Below are positions 38,291 to 50,310 of a stretch of 64,000 bases of DNA, piece after piece; the first letter of the stretch is position 1; every line of letters begins with the position of its first letter. The notes under the pieces are model-generated. The model saw only the letters and a list, made by a program, of their open reading frames with translations. It did no database searches and was not told where the DNA came from. Location of the stretch: contig NW_026867618.1 of NCBI RefSeq assembly GCF_020745735.1, positions 2,833,232 to 2,897,231 on the forward strand. The letters run 5' to 3'. Source of the stretch: Hemiscyllium ocellatum. Taxonomy: Eukaryota. Made by a program: the position numbers and the translations under genes.

Positions 38291-39500
38291 TTCAATTTCT
38301 AATACTTCAAAATAACATCGAGTATAAATCCTGCATCCTTAACAAACGTTCCTAAATTGTTAAGCCTTTCATTATCGGGTTTATTCTCGTGAGGCTCCTG
38401 TGAAGACGCCCCAGTGGCAACAAACTGTTCTTGTGGCATGGGTCCCAAAACTGCACACAATGTTCCAATTGACGTCAGATCAGAGAGTTACGGAACCTCC
38501 GACGCACATCCCTTCTTTTATATGAAATTCCTCTCAAACTAAATGTAATAATTGCATTTATCATCCTGAACATTGACTTACGCTGGCAAGTGTAACTTGA
38601 ACAAATCCTGTAAAATAACTGTCAAGCCTCTATGCATTTCAGACTTGGGGAATTTCTCCCCATTGAGAAAAGAGTTTTTGAACCAAAGTTCATGACCTCA
38701 CACTTCTCTCTTACACTTTTCAAATCCTTCTGCACTCTCCCCGCCCCCACAATGCGAACTGCCCCTCGACTTTTTGTTTAATTTTCTGCAGACAGAACCT
38801 GAACGCACAGTTCCTGCCTGTAGATCGCTAATGCAGACAGTAAAAGGGTTTGGTCCCAAACCAAAGCTTTGTGGGCTAACATTCGTCTCCAACAGCCGTC
38901 CTGAGAACGTTCTTTTCCTTCTCACTCCTCATATTTTTGTCAGACAGCCAAGCCTCTGTTCAGACATTTTTCCTACTCTATAGTCTCCTGTACAACATCT
39001 TGTCAAAGGCCTTCTTTATGTCCATGTAATTAAGATGCATGGGCTCTCGTTTGTTTCATTGCTCCTTACTTCCTCAAAGAATTCTTGCAGATTATTCAGG
39101 CAAAACTGCCCCGAAACGAAACTTTTCTGACTTTGCCCTATTTTACCATCCACATCCTAGTATTTAGAAATTTCATCGTACACAATGGATTCTAAGATGT
39201 TACCCATGACCGAGGTTCGGCAAAACGGTCTATAATTTTCGGTTTTTTGCCTTAGTCATTTTTGAAAAACGTGTGTTGCATTAGCATTTCTGTCATTGCG
39301 CTCAGGCTGTCATCCTCATGGTGCCTGAAAGATCACCATTAGGGCATCCACTATCTCTTTGGCTATCTTCCTTAGACCTCTGAGATGTACACTATCTGGT
39401 CAAGCTAATTAATCCATCTTCAGGACATTCATTTTTTCGCGGCATCTTCTCCTTCCCCAGCACTCTCAGCTCTTCCCCCTCACCCTCTTGAAATTTTGGA
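38290..39500 (-). mobile_element. Decayed CR1 RT region
   Basis: VSPQSFGLGPNPFTVCISDL and a KAFDK-like remnant (ttgtcaaaggcc). Confidence 0.7.
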
Positions 39501-39854
39501 TAAAAGATATTCAATCATTCAGTGGCTAATCTGAAGGAGTATACCGCCATCATCAGGAAATATGTAGAGGTTGCATGCCAAAGAGGGCACTCTGTATATT
39601 CACCAGCCTGAAACCATGGATGAACCAGTATCTACGCAAGACTAAATGTGTTCATTCAATGCTGATGACTCGGACCTTCAGAAGAATTCCAGATACAACC
39701 TCGATAAGCCCATTAAAGATGCCAAGAGGCAACACTGGACTATGTTTGGGAATCAAGTTGACTGCGCGGAAACTTGTCGCTTTTAATATGACTAAAAAAT
39801 ATAAGGCTGAGCAAAATTTCTAACACAATTTCTCCCGGTGTGCACATATTATTG

Positions 39855-40200
39855 TAGAATCCCAGCTGTGTGGCAACAGGCCATTTGGCTTAACAAGTGC
39901 CCACCAACCCTGCAAAGAGTAACCTACCTGGATCCATTCCCTGACACTATTGCACTCGATTAACCCCATTAATGCACCTAGCCATTATGTCCATGAACAG
40001 TATGGGAAATCTATGATGTCCAATCCACCTAAACTGCATATAACTAGAATAGTGGGAGGAAACCGGATCACCCAGAGAAAACACACACAGACACAGACAA
40101 GTTGCGCAAAAGCCTTGCAGACAGTTGCCCTAAGCTGCAATGAAAGATAGATCCCTGCCACAATGAGGTAGCAGTTCTAACCACTGAATGATTATATTGC
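39855..40200 (-). mobile_element. Degenerate V-SINE
   Basis: gtgggaggaaaccggatcacccagagaaaac and gaggtagcagttctaaccactga (reverse of the SINE head). Confidence 0.8.
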
Positions 40201-40284
40201 CTGCTTGGTTGACACAGCAGGTAATTGCAAATTTGTCGCCTGTCCGAAAGGCATAATGCACTTATCTCACAGTCACCACCACAT

Positions 40285-41680
40285 AGAAAATAGAACACAG
40301 AACATAGAAAAATACAGTGCAGTACAGGCCCTTCTGCCCTCGATGTTGCGCCGATCTAAGCCCACCTAACCTACACTAGCCCACGTTCCTCCATATGCCT
40401 ATCCAATGCCCGTTTAAATGCCCATAAAGAGGGAGAGTCCACCACTGTTACTGGCAGGGCGTTCCATGAACTTACGACTCGCTGAGTAAAGAATCCACCC
40501 CTAACATCACTCATATACCTACCACCCGTTAATTTCAAGCTATGCCCCCCCCCCCCCGTAATAGCTGACTCCATACGTGGAAAAAGGTTCTCATGGTCAG
40601 CCCTATCTAAGCCCATAATCATCTTGTACACCTCCATCATGTCACGCCTAAACCTTCTTTTCTCCAATGAAAACAGCCCCAAGTGCCTCAGTCTTTCCTC
40701 ATATGATCTTCCTACCATACCAGGCAACATCCTGGTAAACTTCCTCTGCACTGGTTCCAGTGCCTCCACATCCTTCCTATTGCATGGCGACCAAAACTGC
40801 ACACAATAATCCAGATGCGGCCGCACCAGAGTTTTATACAACTGCAACATGACCTCAGGACTCCGGACCTCAGTTCCTCTACCAATAAAAGCCAGTACGC
40901 CATATGCCTTCTTCACAGCACTATTTACCTGGGTGGCAACTTTCAGAGATCTGTGTACATGGACACCAAGATCCCTCTGCTCATCCACACTACCAAGTAT
41001 TCGACCATTAGCCCAGTAATCCATCTTCTTGTTACTCTTACCAAAGTGAATCACTTCACACTTAGCTACATTGAACTCCATTTGCTTCCTTTCTGCCCAG
41101 CTCTGCAGCTTATCTATATCCCGCTGTAAGCTGCCACATCCTTCCTCAATGTCAACAACTCCACCGACTTTCGTATCATCAGCAAACTTGCTCACCGAAC
41201 CTTCTAACCCCTCCTCCAGGTCATTTATAAAAATAACAAACAGCAATGTTCCCAAAACAGATCCTTGCGAAACACCACTGGTAACTGCACTCCAAGATGA
41301 ACCTTTACCATCAACTACTACCCTCTGTCTTCTTCCAGCCAGCCAATTCCTAATATAAACCTCCCACTCATCCTCAATGCCATACCTCCGTATTTGTTGC
41401 AGTAGCCTACCATGGGGAACCTGATCAAACGCCTTACTAAAATCCATATACACCACAACTACCGCTTTACCATCGTCCACCTCCTTAGTCAGCTTCTCAA
41501 AGAATTCAGTAAGGTTTGTGAGGCACGACCTGCCCTTCACAAAACCATGCTGACTATCCTTGATCACATTATTCCTAAGCAGATGTTCATAAATCCTATC
41601 CCTTACAATTCTCTCTAAGACTTTGCCCACAACAGAGGTAAGACTCACTGGCCTATAGTTACTAGGGTTATCCCTACTCC
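40285..41680 (-). mobile_element. 5'-truncated CR1 LINE with an uninterrupted 425-codon RT frame
   Basis: ORF 40371-41648: SQHGFVKGRSCLTNL, YMDFSKAFD, GVSQGSVLG, KFADDTK. 3' tail (agaacat)n. Confidence 0.96.
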
Positions 41681-41743
41681 CACATACTTCAGACCAGCTT
41701 TTTTGTGAGTGAACTCAAGGAAAGCGAATGGCCCAAATGGATT

Positions 41744-41954
41744 GAGTAAAAAGTGAGGTCTGCAGATTCCGTAGATCAGAGCTGAAAAAGTGTTGCGGGT
41801 TAAAGCACAGCAGGTTAGGCAGCATCCAAGTAACAGGAAATTCGACGTTTCGGGCCAGAGCCCTTCCTGATGAAGGGCTCTGGCCCGAAACATCGAATTT
41901 CCTGTTCCTTGGATGCTGCCTAACCTGCTGTGCTTTAACCCGCAACACATTTTC
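41744..41954. mobile_element. Palindromic Penelope-derived element with a hammerhead core and a 14-bp TSD
   Basis: Arms 41784-41866 and 41872-41954 (83 bp, 3 mismatches). ggcccaaatggatt at 41730-41743 and 41955-41968. Confidence 0.92.
41864..41897 (+). ncRNA. Minimal type-I hammerhead ribozyme-like motif
   Basis: ttc-CTGATGA-a-gggc(tctg)gccc-GAAA-c-atc-gaa: conserved core, 4-bp stem II, 3-bp stem I and an AUC triplet. Stem III is vestigial. Confidence 0.6.
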
Positions 41955-43956
41955 GGCCCAAATGGATTCCCTGGCACAAGTGGGAATATTCACTAATATC
42001 TTTAACCTGTACTTGTTACAATCTGAAGTCCCCACCTGCTTCAAGAAGGCCAACATTATCCGGGTATCACACAAAACAAATACAACGTGTGCAATGACTT
42101 CCATTCTGTGGCTCTCACCTTCATAATTATGAAAAGCTTCACGAGATTACTTCTGGCTCATATCAAATCTAGCATGACTTGATCTCTTGCAATTTGTCGA
42201 CTGACCCAATAGGTTCAAGTTACATACCGTCTTTCTAGCTCTACACTTACTCACTGGAATATTATCTAAACCAATACAGCTGAGCTGTAGACAATCGGTG
42301 GAGTTAAATGCCGAGGAATTGCAATCATTAACAGTTTGTCGTGGACATTCCATGTCAATTCGACACCTAACAGGTCGCAACGAATGGACATAAAAAAGCT
42401 TAACTCAATGAATATTCGCTTGTCAGCCACTTTGATTCGTGTTGATCAGCGCTGCCGAATCAGCCCTCTGCAATTGCCTCTCTGGTATGTCATCTTACGC
42501 ATTTCAAACTCGATGATCATTTAGATACAAGCTTGTGAGCACCCCAGTCCTTCATAATGTTTTCCCAGACTTTCTGGTCTTTCCTTTTGAGCTTTCCACA
42601 AAGAATGCTATACTTAAGTAACATTTGCCAGGTGCACTTGCTCCATGTTAACTGTCAATGAATGTATTCTTCCCCACTACTTCAGAAAACGTTTTCCTTT
42701 TCTCAAGAACTTGAGTTTTGTTCAGTCCCAGAAAAGTTATCTGTTCCATCTCATGTCATATTTTTTTCTTACAAATTGTGTCTCAGTGTGTTCATTCAAA
42801 CTACATTCCAATTTCTGCTAACCACTATGTCCATTCCTTTCTGTTTTGATGAGAGTGGGAATAATGATCGTCCTTCCCGTCCGAAACTCATTTGAATCTT
42901 TTCGTCTACTGTTTTTAAAGGTTTTTGGAACCATAACTACTTCTAAATCTATGATTCTATGAAGAATATTGACTAAAGCCTAATTTTAATATTGTACCAA
43001 ACTGATGAACTAACTTCGGAGAAAAATTTAATTAATTTGAAATATTCTTTTGTTTATCTTGTGCGTCAAAAACTGCTGCTGATATTGAGGTTACAGAGGT
43101 ACTGTTGCTCCACTTGTGACGTTTCTACGCGCCCTATCTGCTGTCAGATATATTCTGCTGCATTAGCCATGGGCAACTATCAGTCATGTTGTGCAGTGAT
43201 GACTTGATTTGTCCAAGCCGTGACTGAGGGGCATTTCACCGACAGATGTGGTCACGTGCTTGTGAAGACGAACGAAAGGCTTTGCCAAACGTAATAACAA
43301 TATGTTTCAGTACACAGAGAAATGATGGATGGATGGGAGGTGAGTGTCAGTTCGGATACATTACGAGGAATATTGACTCAGAATTGCATCTTCAATTTTG
43401 AGGTTAGGAGTGTCATCAGCAGGTTATTGGTGACATTAAGATTGTATTTCATGGCTCCAGGTTCAAGTAGTAGATGGGATGAGCGAGTAAAAAATATTCT
43501 GGAGGTGTTAGTTGTTACAATTATGAATGGTCAGGATATGATTTCAGGAATCAGCTCATGGTTACAGGGATCATCACATCTAGAACTCATCTCACCGGCA
43601 GATGTTGCTGAGGCGTGGGATGGAGTCAGGGAAGGAAACCGAGTTTGCAAACAACACAGAAGATAGTGACCTTCAGGCTACAAATACTTAAATAACAAGA
43701 GCAGGGACGCAATGAATCATGATTCAAAGGTGAAATTTTAACGGTGAACACAGTGATCCCCGAGGGACAGTGTCAAAAGCAAAGAGGGAGAGTGTGGATG
43801 AACAATTTCACAGATGTGTTTAGTAGTGTTTTGTAGATTGAATAACTGGACTCGAAGCCTCAAGAATGTCAGTGGAAAAGAGGGTTAAGTAAATTTTAAA
43901 AACAGTAATACATTTAAACATGGGTAATAGAAATAATAATGGGCAGTGATACTTAC

Positions 43957-44137
43957 CAGGGACACCAACGATAGCCAGGATAGGATAATAAAAATGTTGA
44001 ACAATTAGAAGTGAAATATCGATCCGCTTTGACAATGACCATTGGTCGTAATATGTCGAAAGATACCACACAGCCTCAGATAAACCTTTGGCAATTGTTA
44101 GAACATTGCAATCGATCGTTCTCAGACTTTGATTCAT
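43957..44137 (-). CDS. GPR139-like GPCR gene 1, exon 1 (N-terminus and most of TM1)
   Basis: ATG at 44137. MNQSLRT..IVQHFYYPILAIVGVP followed by G|gtaagt, a phase-1 donor at 43956 compatible with the acceptor at 19795. NQS glycosylation sequon. Confidence 0.85.
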
Positions 44138-44559
44138 TTTCTGTACATTCACATCTCTTGTACTCAGACTCTGAGTTCTCCTCTCAATTTCTCTGGAGCT
44201 TTTGATGGTGTCGGTGATGGCCCCACTCTGACTGTGGGATCACTCATTGAATGGTATCAATGTATTATTAAAATATGGAAAATCTCCAGTGGGATAACTA
44301 GAATCCAGTGAGACTGACATTATTCACAGGCACTGAACAAACATTTTCAACTTACGTAATTATCACTTCACTTTCATATCACAATAATTGAGAACATTTT
44401 CTCAGCCTGGATGAAATGGATGTGTGTTGCTAAACGACCAAACATAAGCACTCCTAGGGATTTTTAGTCTTTCATCCTTATGTATGGGTGTAGTGCCAGG
44501 GATATGCAAGGTTGCGTATTTTCCAACCCATTTGGAAAATAAAACAAAGAAAAAATAAA

Positions 44560-45050
44560 TGACCAGCTGCATAAAGTGACTGCACAGTACAGTGGTTAGG
44601 CCACTTTTGTGACATTGCGTGGAGTTGTGCTCTGCTTCCTATCGGAAAGATGTGGAATTCGGAAGGGTATAGAAAAGAATATTGCCAGAGTTGATGGGTT
44701 TTTGCTCTTAGGAGAGTCTGAACAGGGTGGGGCAGTTTTGCTTGGAGTGTTGGTGGCTATAAACTTTTATAAATCCTCGGAGGGCAATGATGTGGTCCAC
44801 AGACACAGTCTTTTTGCTGGGAATGGCAAGTCGAGATCTGGACGGGAACGATTTAAAAGGGAACGTTGGGATAACTTTTATCATGCAGAGGATGGGGCAT
44901 ATATGAAGCCATTTGTCAGAGGAAGTCATTGCCACTGGGATAATTTTAAAATTTCACAATGCGTCTCGATGATTATATGAATAAGAAATGATTAACGCAA
45001 TATGTGCCAATTGCTGGAAGTTTGGACAGATCATAATAGTTATTGTTCTT
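44560..45050 (+). mobile_element. Decayed CR1 3' fragment
   Basis: VVRPLL*HCVELCSASYRKDVE-like text. Confidence 0.65.
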
Positions 45051-45499
45051 TGACTTTGTGTAATCCTGATCCTAGTTTTAAGAGAGATGTTACATTTGTT
45101 TTCACAATGTTCAGACATCATTCAGAGTATTGAGACTGCCGCGCAATGACTATAAAAAGCAACTTTGCCCCCATGTGCCTGGAACGGACGGATAAGAGGA
45201 GGTCATTCAGCCCACTGTCGCCTATTACTGTACCAGCTGAACATACAGAAACTTGGAATGTTGCTAAATATTATTAAGGTAATATTGGAAAGATAAGGAA
45301 GAGATAATGCAGCTGCATGAGGTCTTTGTGAGACCGTACCTGGAGTACATAATCTTAGCGTGTTAGAGACCTACAGGTCATAGATAGAGCCTTTGGCCCA
45401 AGTATGCTGTATTATTTGCACTTTTTATAACTAAGAAGGAAGAGAGAATCACCTGATACAAGTTAAGGTTTATTCATAATGCGGGGGTTGATGTGTCAT

Positions 45500-45980
45500 G
45501 TACATGTATCGACCCGGTTACGTTTAGTGTCTTGAGTCTACCACACAAGAATAAGAGGAGGCCGTTCAGCGCATTGAGAGTGTTACACGGGAAAAGGTGT
45601 GTTCCTTTAATCCTGTTAATGGGAAGAGGAAGAAGTCATTCAGCCTGTCGAGTCTATTACATGGGCACATGAGAAGATCATTCAGCCTCTCGTGCCTGTG
45701 ACATCGGTATTGCAGGAGGGCATTCCGCCTACCTGCAATTATATTGCAACAGGAAATCATTTCGCTTCCCAAAATGTGAAACAGGAACACAGCCTGCCAA
45801 CTCAACCTCTTGAGCCGAGTATGTGGAACAGGAAGAAGGTATTCAGCCTCTCCAGTCTTTTACACACAGTAAGAAGGATGCCATTTGGTGTCTTCAGCAT
45901 GTTTCAGAAGGGCAGGAGGAAGCTTTCCAGTCGATCTAGTCTGTTGCACTGCAACATGAGGAGGCCATTCAGTTTCCCAA
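45500..45980. repeat. Degenerate tandem repeat, period ~42-43 bp
   Basis: Recurrent gaggaggccattcagcc..gagtctgttacac-like units. Confidence 0.8.
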
Positions 45981-46689
45981 ATATTTCTCATGCATAGCCA
46001 CTCAGATTGCTTGCTTAATTACAGGTAAAAGCGATCAAATACATTCTTCAAGTTCTGATGATATTTCGCAGAAAAAAATGAAAAGCATTCACTCAATAGA
46101 AGCTGTAAGGAGAAGAAGCAATTCAGTTCATCAATTCCATTGCACAGCATCAGGAGGAGCAATGTGAGCCTGTTACTCAGCAGTGGGAGGACAACATCCC
46201 TTTTCAACAACCGAAGGCACCAAAACTACTCTGGATTGTTACAACCAAAGTCCTAAGGCCAGTGAGCCTCCATGGTCTTGTTTACAAGGAACTCAATGAG
46301 GATGCTCATTCCCTACTAGAAAAGACGTAGAATTGGCTTGTCACAAACAGATGTAAATGAATAACTTGCATGAGCAGCTTATTTAATTCTGCTCCTCCGT
46401 TCCAGACAACTCTCTGATCCGTTTCATTTATTGGTCACGTTTTAGACCAAAATACTTCAGTAACAATCACTATGACTCATCCAAAGTGGATCATCGAAAG
46501 CCTCTGGTTGACCCGAATGTGCACAGTGGTTTGCAGCACGACAATCTGGAAATTACTGCCAGATTTGTCAAAAAACTCAATATCAGGACCAAGTCAAACA
46601 GCAGTTAACATCATGTTCGAAGACTGTCTGAATCAAAAACACTTCATCATGTTTTCCATAGAATGCAATCAATACTCCGTGGAACTGGA

Positions 46690-46975
46690 CATCCAGCTCA
46701 ACAGTTCATACTGACCCTCCAAAGAGCATCCCACACAGATCCATTTCCCGACCTGCTGCCCTGCATTTCTCATGCTTACCTCAGCTAATCTACACACCCA
46801 TTAACATGCCGTGCTATTTAGCATGGCCAATATACCTATCCTTTGCATTTCTTTGGACGGTAGGAAGGAAACAGAGCACCCGGTAGAAGCCCCACTGAGA
46901 CACAGGGAGAGCATGCAATACCCACACAATTGCTGGAGGCTGGAATTGAAAGGGGTCCCTTGCCACGTCATGTGA
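46690..46975 (-). mobile_element. Degenerate V-SINE
   Basis: tttagcatggccaat..ggaaggaaacagagcacccggtagaagccc. Confidence 0.75.
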
Positions 46976-48404
46976 CAGAATACACCATCAGGAGAGAGAC
47001 AAGTGTTCAGTCGGCAGGCGTAGAACAACTTACCAGTGTGTCAAAGTTGCTGACAACACTGTGTACCAAATGAAGCAATGAGCAGGACAACACTAAATGA
47101 AAGGAAGAAAAAGCTACGTTTTGTTTTTGTTGTTTCAGCTCTTTTTAAGAGTGGAAGCCGGTTCAACACAAAAGGACAGAAAAGGATGCAGGACAGTACA
47201 GGGCAATGGGCAACTATTCAATGGATAACAAACTGCAAATATATGGGGTAGACAGTGAAATGCGACTAGCTGAAGGGTTTAGACTGTGGAAGGTCCAATC
47301 ATAAGACTGAGAACATAAAATAGAGGCACTGCCACATCAGCTGAAGTGGTCAATTAGACCACGGCCTCAATCCGCCTCATAGACCCAAAACCCAGATACT
47401 ACGAAAGCCAGATGAAATAATTATTCAGCACGGAAGACTGCTCAGATTTGCCCAGTGTTTTAATAAATACAACAGACAATCTATCCAGAGTGGATCACTG
47501 TGGCAATGAGACCAGTGCATTGATCTGAAAACTAAATAGCTGTCCAATGTAACGTGCTTGCACAGCACAAGAATGTGTGAATAAAAAAAAAAGATGAGAT
47601 ACTACACCATCTCAGGAGCTGCAGCAATCGCACCACTGCATTGTTTGAGAAACACACACCAGACACATTTTTAGCACCGGAAGATGTGTGGCCCAAGCAA
47701 GTGCATTGGTCAATAAACCTCGACTAGATAGCTGACCAGCACTGGGAAGTATGCAGCATCCAGCAGTATCGCTCTGTGATGTCCTGGATCTGGGAGAATT
47801 CGAGGGCGGCTCTGTGGGGGCTGATTGTTTTAAATTGAACTGACTTTGAACATGGCCTGTACATTTGACAAGAGCCAGTGTAGTGAGAGGATCAATTTGT
47901 GTTTGAGTCTGACTGGCTATGTACAGGGAATGGTTGATATGAGAGGAGAGATGAAGCTTCAATTTACATCTAACCACGTGCTGAAACTGTTCTGGGATTA
48001 TTTGTAATGAATGAACTGAATTGGATTGAATTTATTGTCACGTGTACCGAGGCAAAGTGAAAAGCTTTATCTTGCGAGCAATACAGGCAGAGCACAGCGT
48101 TGAATAACATAGATAAGTAAATAATGTGCAAATAACAGCAATAAACCAAAATACAGGTACAGGCAAATGTTAACAGTTTGTGAGTTCATTCAGTATTCAT
48201 AAGAACAATGCAGAAAGAGATAATAATCTGTACTTTAAACAGTGCGATATCTATCCTTCGCCTGTTAATGTGACAGATCAAGTGATTATTTAATATTTAC
48301 CTGATGTTAACCGTGTTCTAAAAATGTTAATATGGCCTTCAAACCGTAACAAGCTGTATAATCTATCTGTCCTGTGAGTGATTGACGAATGGGAGAAATT
48401 AAGG

Positions 48405-48515
48405 TTGGAGCTGAAAAATGTGTAGCTGGAAAAGCACAGCAGGTCAGGCAATTTATGCCCGAAACGTCGATTCTCCAGTTCTTTGATGCTGCCTGACCTG
48501 CTGCGCTTTTCAAGT
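48405..48515. mobile_element. Internally deleted palindromic Penelope-terminus element
   Basis: gaaaagcacagcaggtcaggca ... tgcctgacctgctgcgcttttc, with tatgcccgaaacgtcga in between. Confidence 0.8.
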
Positions 48516-48519
48516 GACT

Positions 48520-48900
48520 GACTAATGGCAATGTTGATGGAGATTGAATGTGCATCGAAACTTATATTGGGGCTGTTCTAGGAATATTTGATGGGGATGA
48601 ATGCAAGGATGCTTTAGTTTACATCGGACGCCGTGCTGTATTTTTCCAAGGAGTGTTTGATGGGGATACAACGCACAGACCTTTACTGTAGCTTAAAACT
48701 GTAAAATAAACGCAGTTTATGTTCTCGTAAGAAGAGTAGCGGATGATTGACTTTCAATTTGAAAGAGTAGAAGCTGAACATAACCTTGGGTTTGAAAAAC
48801 ACGGCGTCACTGGCTGCTCGACTCTATAACTAACACGGCATTGTACTTGCCCTGAAGGACTTAATGGGGTTTGATGCAGAATGAGCTCGTCTCTCTGTCG
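48520..48900. repeat. Degenerate satellite, period ~70 bp
   Basis: ggaatatttgatggggat (~48581) and ggagtgtttgatggggat (~48650), plus further decayed units. Confidence 0.65.
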
Positions 48901-48904
48901 ACTA

Positions 48905-49140
48905 AATTAGATTACTTACAGTTACGAAATAGGCCATTCGGCCCAACAATTCCCAACGACCCTCCAAAGAGTAATCCACCCAGACCCGTCCCCCTACATT
49001 TACCCCTGACAAATGCCCGTTACACTGATCAATTTAGCATGGCCAATTCACCTGACCCACAAATTATTGGATTGTGGGAGGAAACCAGAGCACATGGACA
49101 GGCACAGAGAGAATGCACAAACTCGACACAGAGAGACAAC
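48905..49140 (-). mobile_element. V-SINE fragment
   Basis: ttagattagattacttacag tail, aatttagcatggccaattcacctgacc and tgtgggaggaaaccagagcac. Confidence 0.85.
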
Positions 49141-49164
49141 CGAGATGGAGAATTGAACTGTTGT

Positions 49165-50310
49165 GGAGAAAGTGAAGACTGCAGATGTTGGAGATCAGAG
49201 CTGAAAATGTGTTGCTGGAAAAGCGCAGCAGGTCAGGCAGCATCCAAGGAGCAGGAGAATTCACGTTTCGGGCATAAGCCCTTCTTCAGGAATGACGAAA
49301 GTGTGTCCAGCAGGCTAAGATAAAAGGTCGGGAGGGGGGACTTGGGGGAGGGGCGTTGGAGATGCGATAGGTGGAAGGAGGTCAAGGTGAGGGTGATAGG
49401 CCGCAGTGGGTTGGGGGCGGAGAGGTCAGGAAGAAGACTGCAGGTAAGGAAGGCGGTGCTGAGTTCGAGGGATTTGACTGAGACAAGGTGGGGGGACGGG
49501 AAATGAGGAAACTGGAGAAATCTGAGTTCATCCCTTCTGGTTGGAGGGTTCCTAGGCGGAAGATGAGGCACTCTTCCTCCAACCGTCATGTTGCTATGGT
49601 CTGGCGATGGAGGAGTCCAATGACCTGCATGTGCTTGATGGAGTGGGAGGGGGAGTTGAAGTGTTGAGCCACGGGGTGTTTGGTTGGTTGGTCCGGGTGT
49701 CCCAGAGGTGTTCTCCGAAACGTTCCGCAAGTAGATAGCCTGTCTCACCAAAATACAGGATTCCACATCGGGTGCAGCAGATGCAATAAATGATGTGTGT
49801 GGAGGCGCAGGTGAATTTATGGCGGATATGGAAGAATCCCTTGGGGCCTTGGAGAGAAGTAAGGGAGGAGGTGTGGGCGCAAGTTTTGCATTTCTTGCGG
49901 TTGCAGGGGAAGGTGCCGGGAGTGGAGGTTGGGTTGTTGGAGGGTTGTGGACCTGACGAGGGAGGCACGGAGGGAGTGGTCTTTTCGGAACGCTGATAGG
50001 GGAGGGGAGGGAAATATATCCCTGGTGGTGGGGTCCGATTGGTGGTGGCGGAAATGACGACGGATGATACGCTGTATTTGGGGGTTGGTGGGATGGTAGG
50101 TGAGGACCAGTGGGGTTCTGGCTGATGGCGGTGGGAGGGGCGGGGCTCAATCGCGGAGGAGCGGGAAGTGGAGGAGATGCGGTGAAGGGTATCGTCGATC
50201 ACATCTGGGGGGAAATTGCGGTCTTTGAAGAAGGAGGCCATCTGGGTTGTACGGTACTGGAACTGGTCCTCATGGGAGCAGATGCGGCAGAGCGGAAGGA
50301 ATTGGGAATA
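49165..50310 (-). mobile_element. Penelope-like element, 3' part (thumb, Cys-rich linker, GIY-YIG, terminal hammerhead)
   Basis: CNRKKCKTCAH..FTCASTHIIYCICCTRCGILYFGETG..ERFGEHL and EEECLIFRLGTLQP. Terminus attcCTGAAGAagggcttatgcccGAAAcgtg at 49293-49257. Confidence 0.95.

Larger units (their letters stand above)
39520..42290 (+). mobile_element. Rex1/Babar LINE RT remnant, split by SINE, CR1 and palindromic-element insertions
   Basis: KPWMN at ~39610. Resumes at ~41680 with KANGPNG..IFTNIFNLYLLQSEVPTCFKKANII..VALT.IIMKSF.RL. Confidence 0.75.

Noticed and set aside
40371-41648. Domesticated or active reverse transcriptase gene
   Set aside because: 5'-truncated CR1 with no endonuclease and no promoter. 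The open frame reflects young age.
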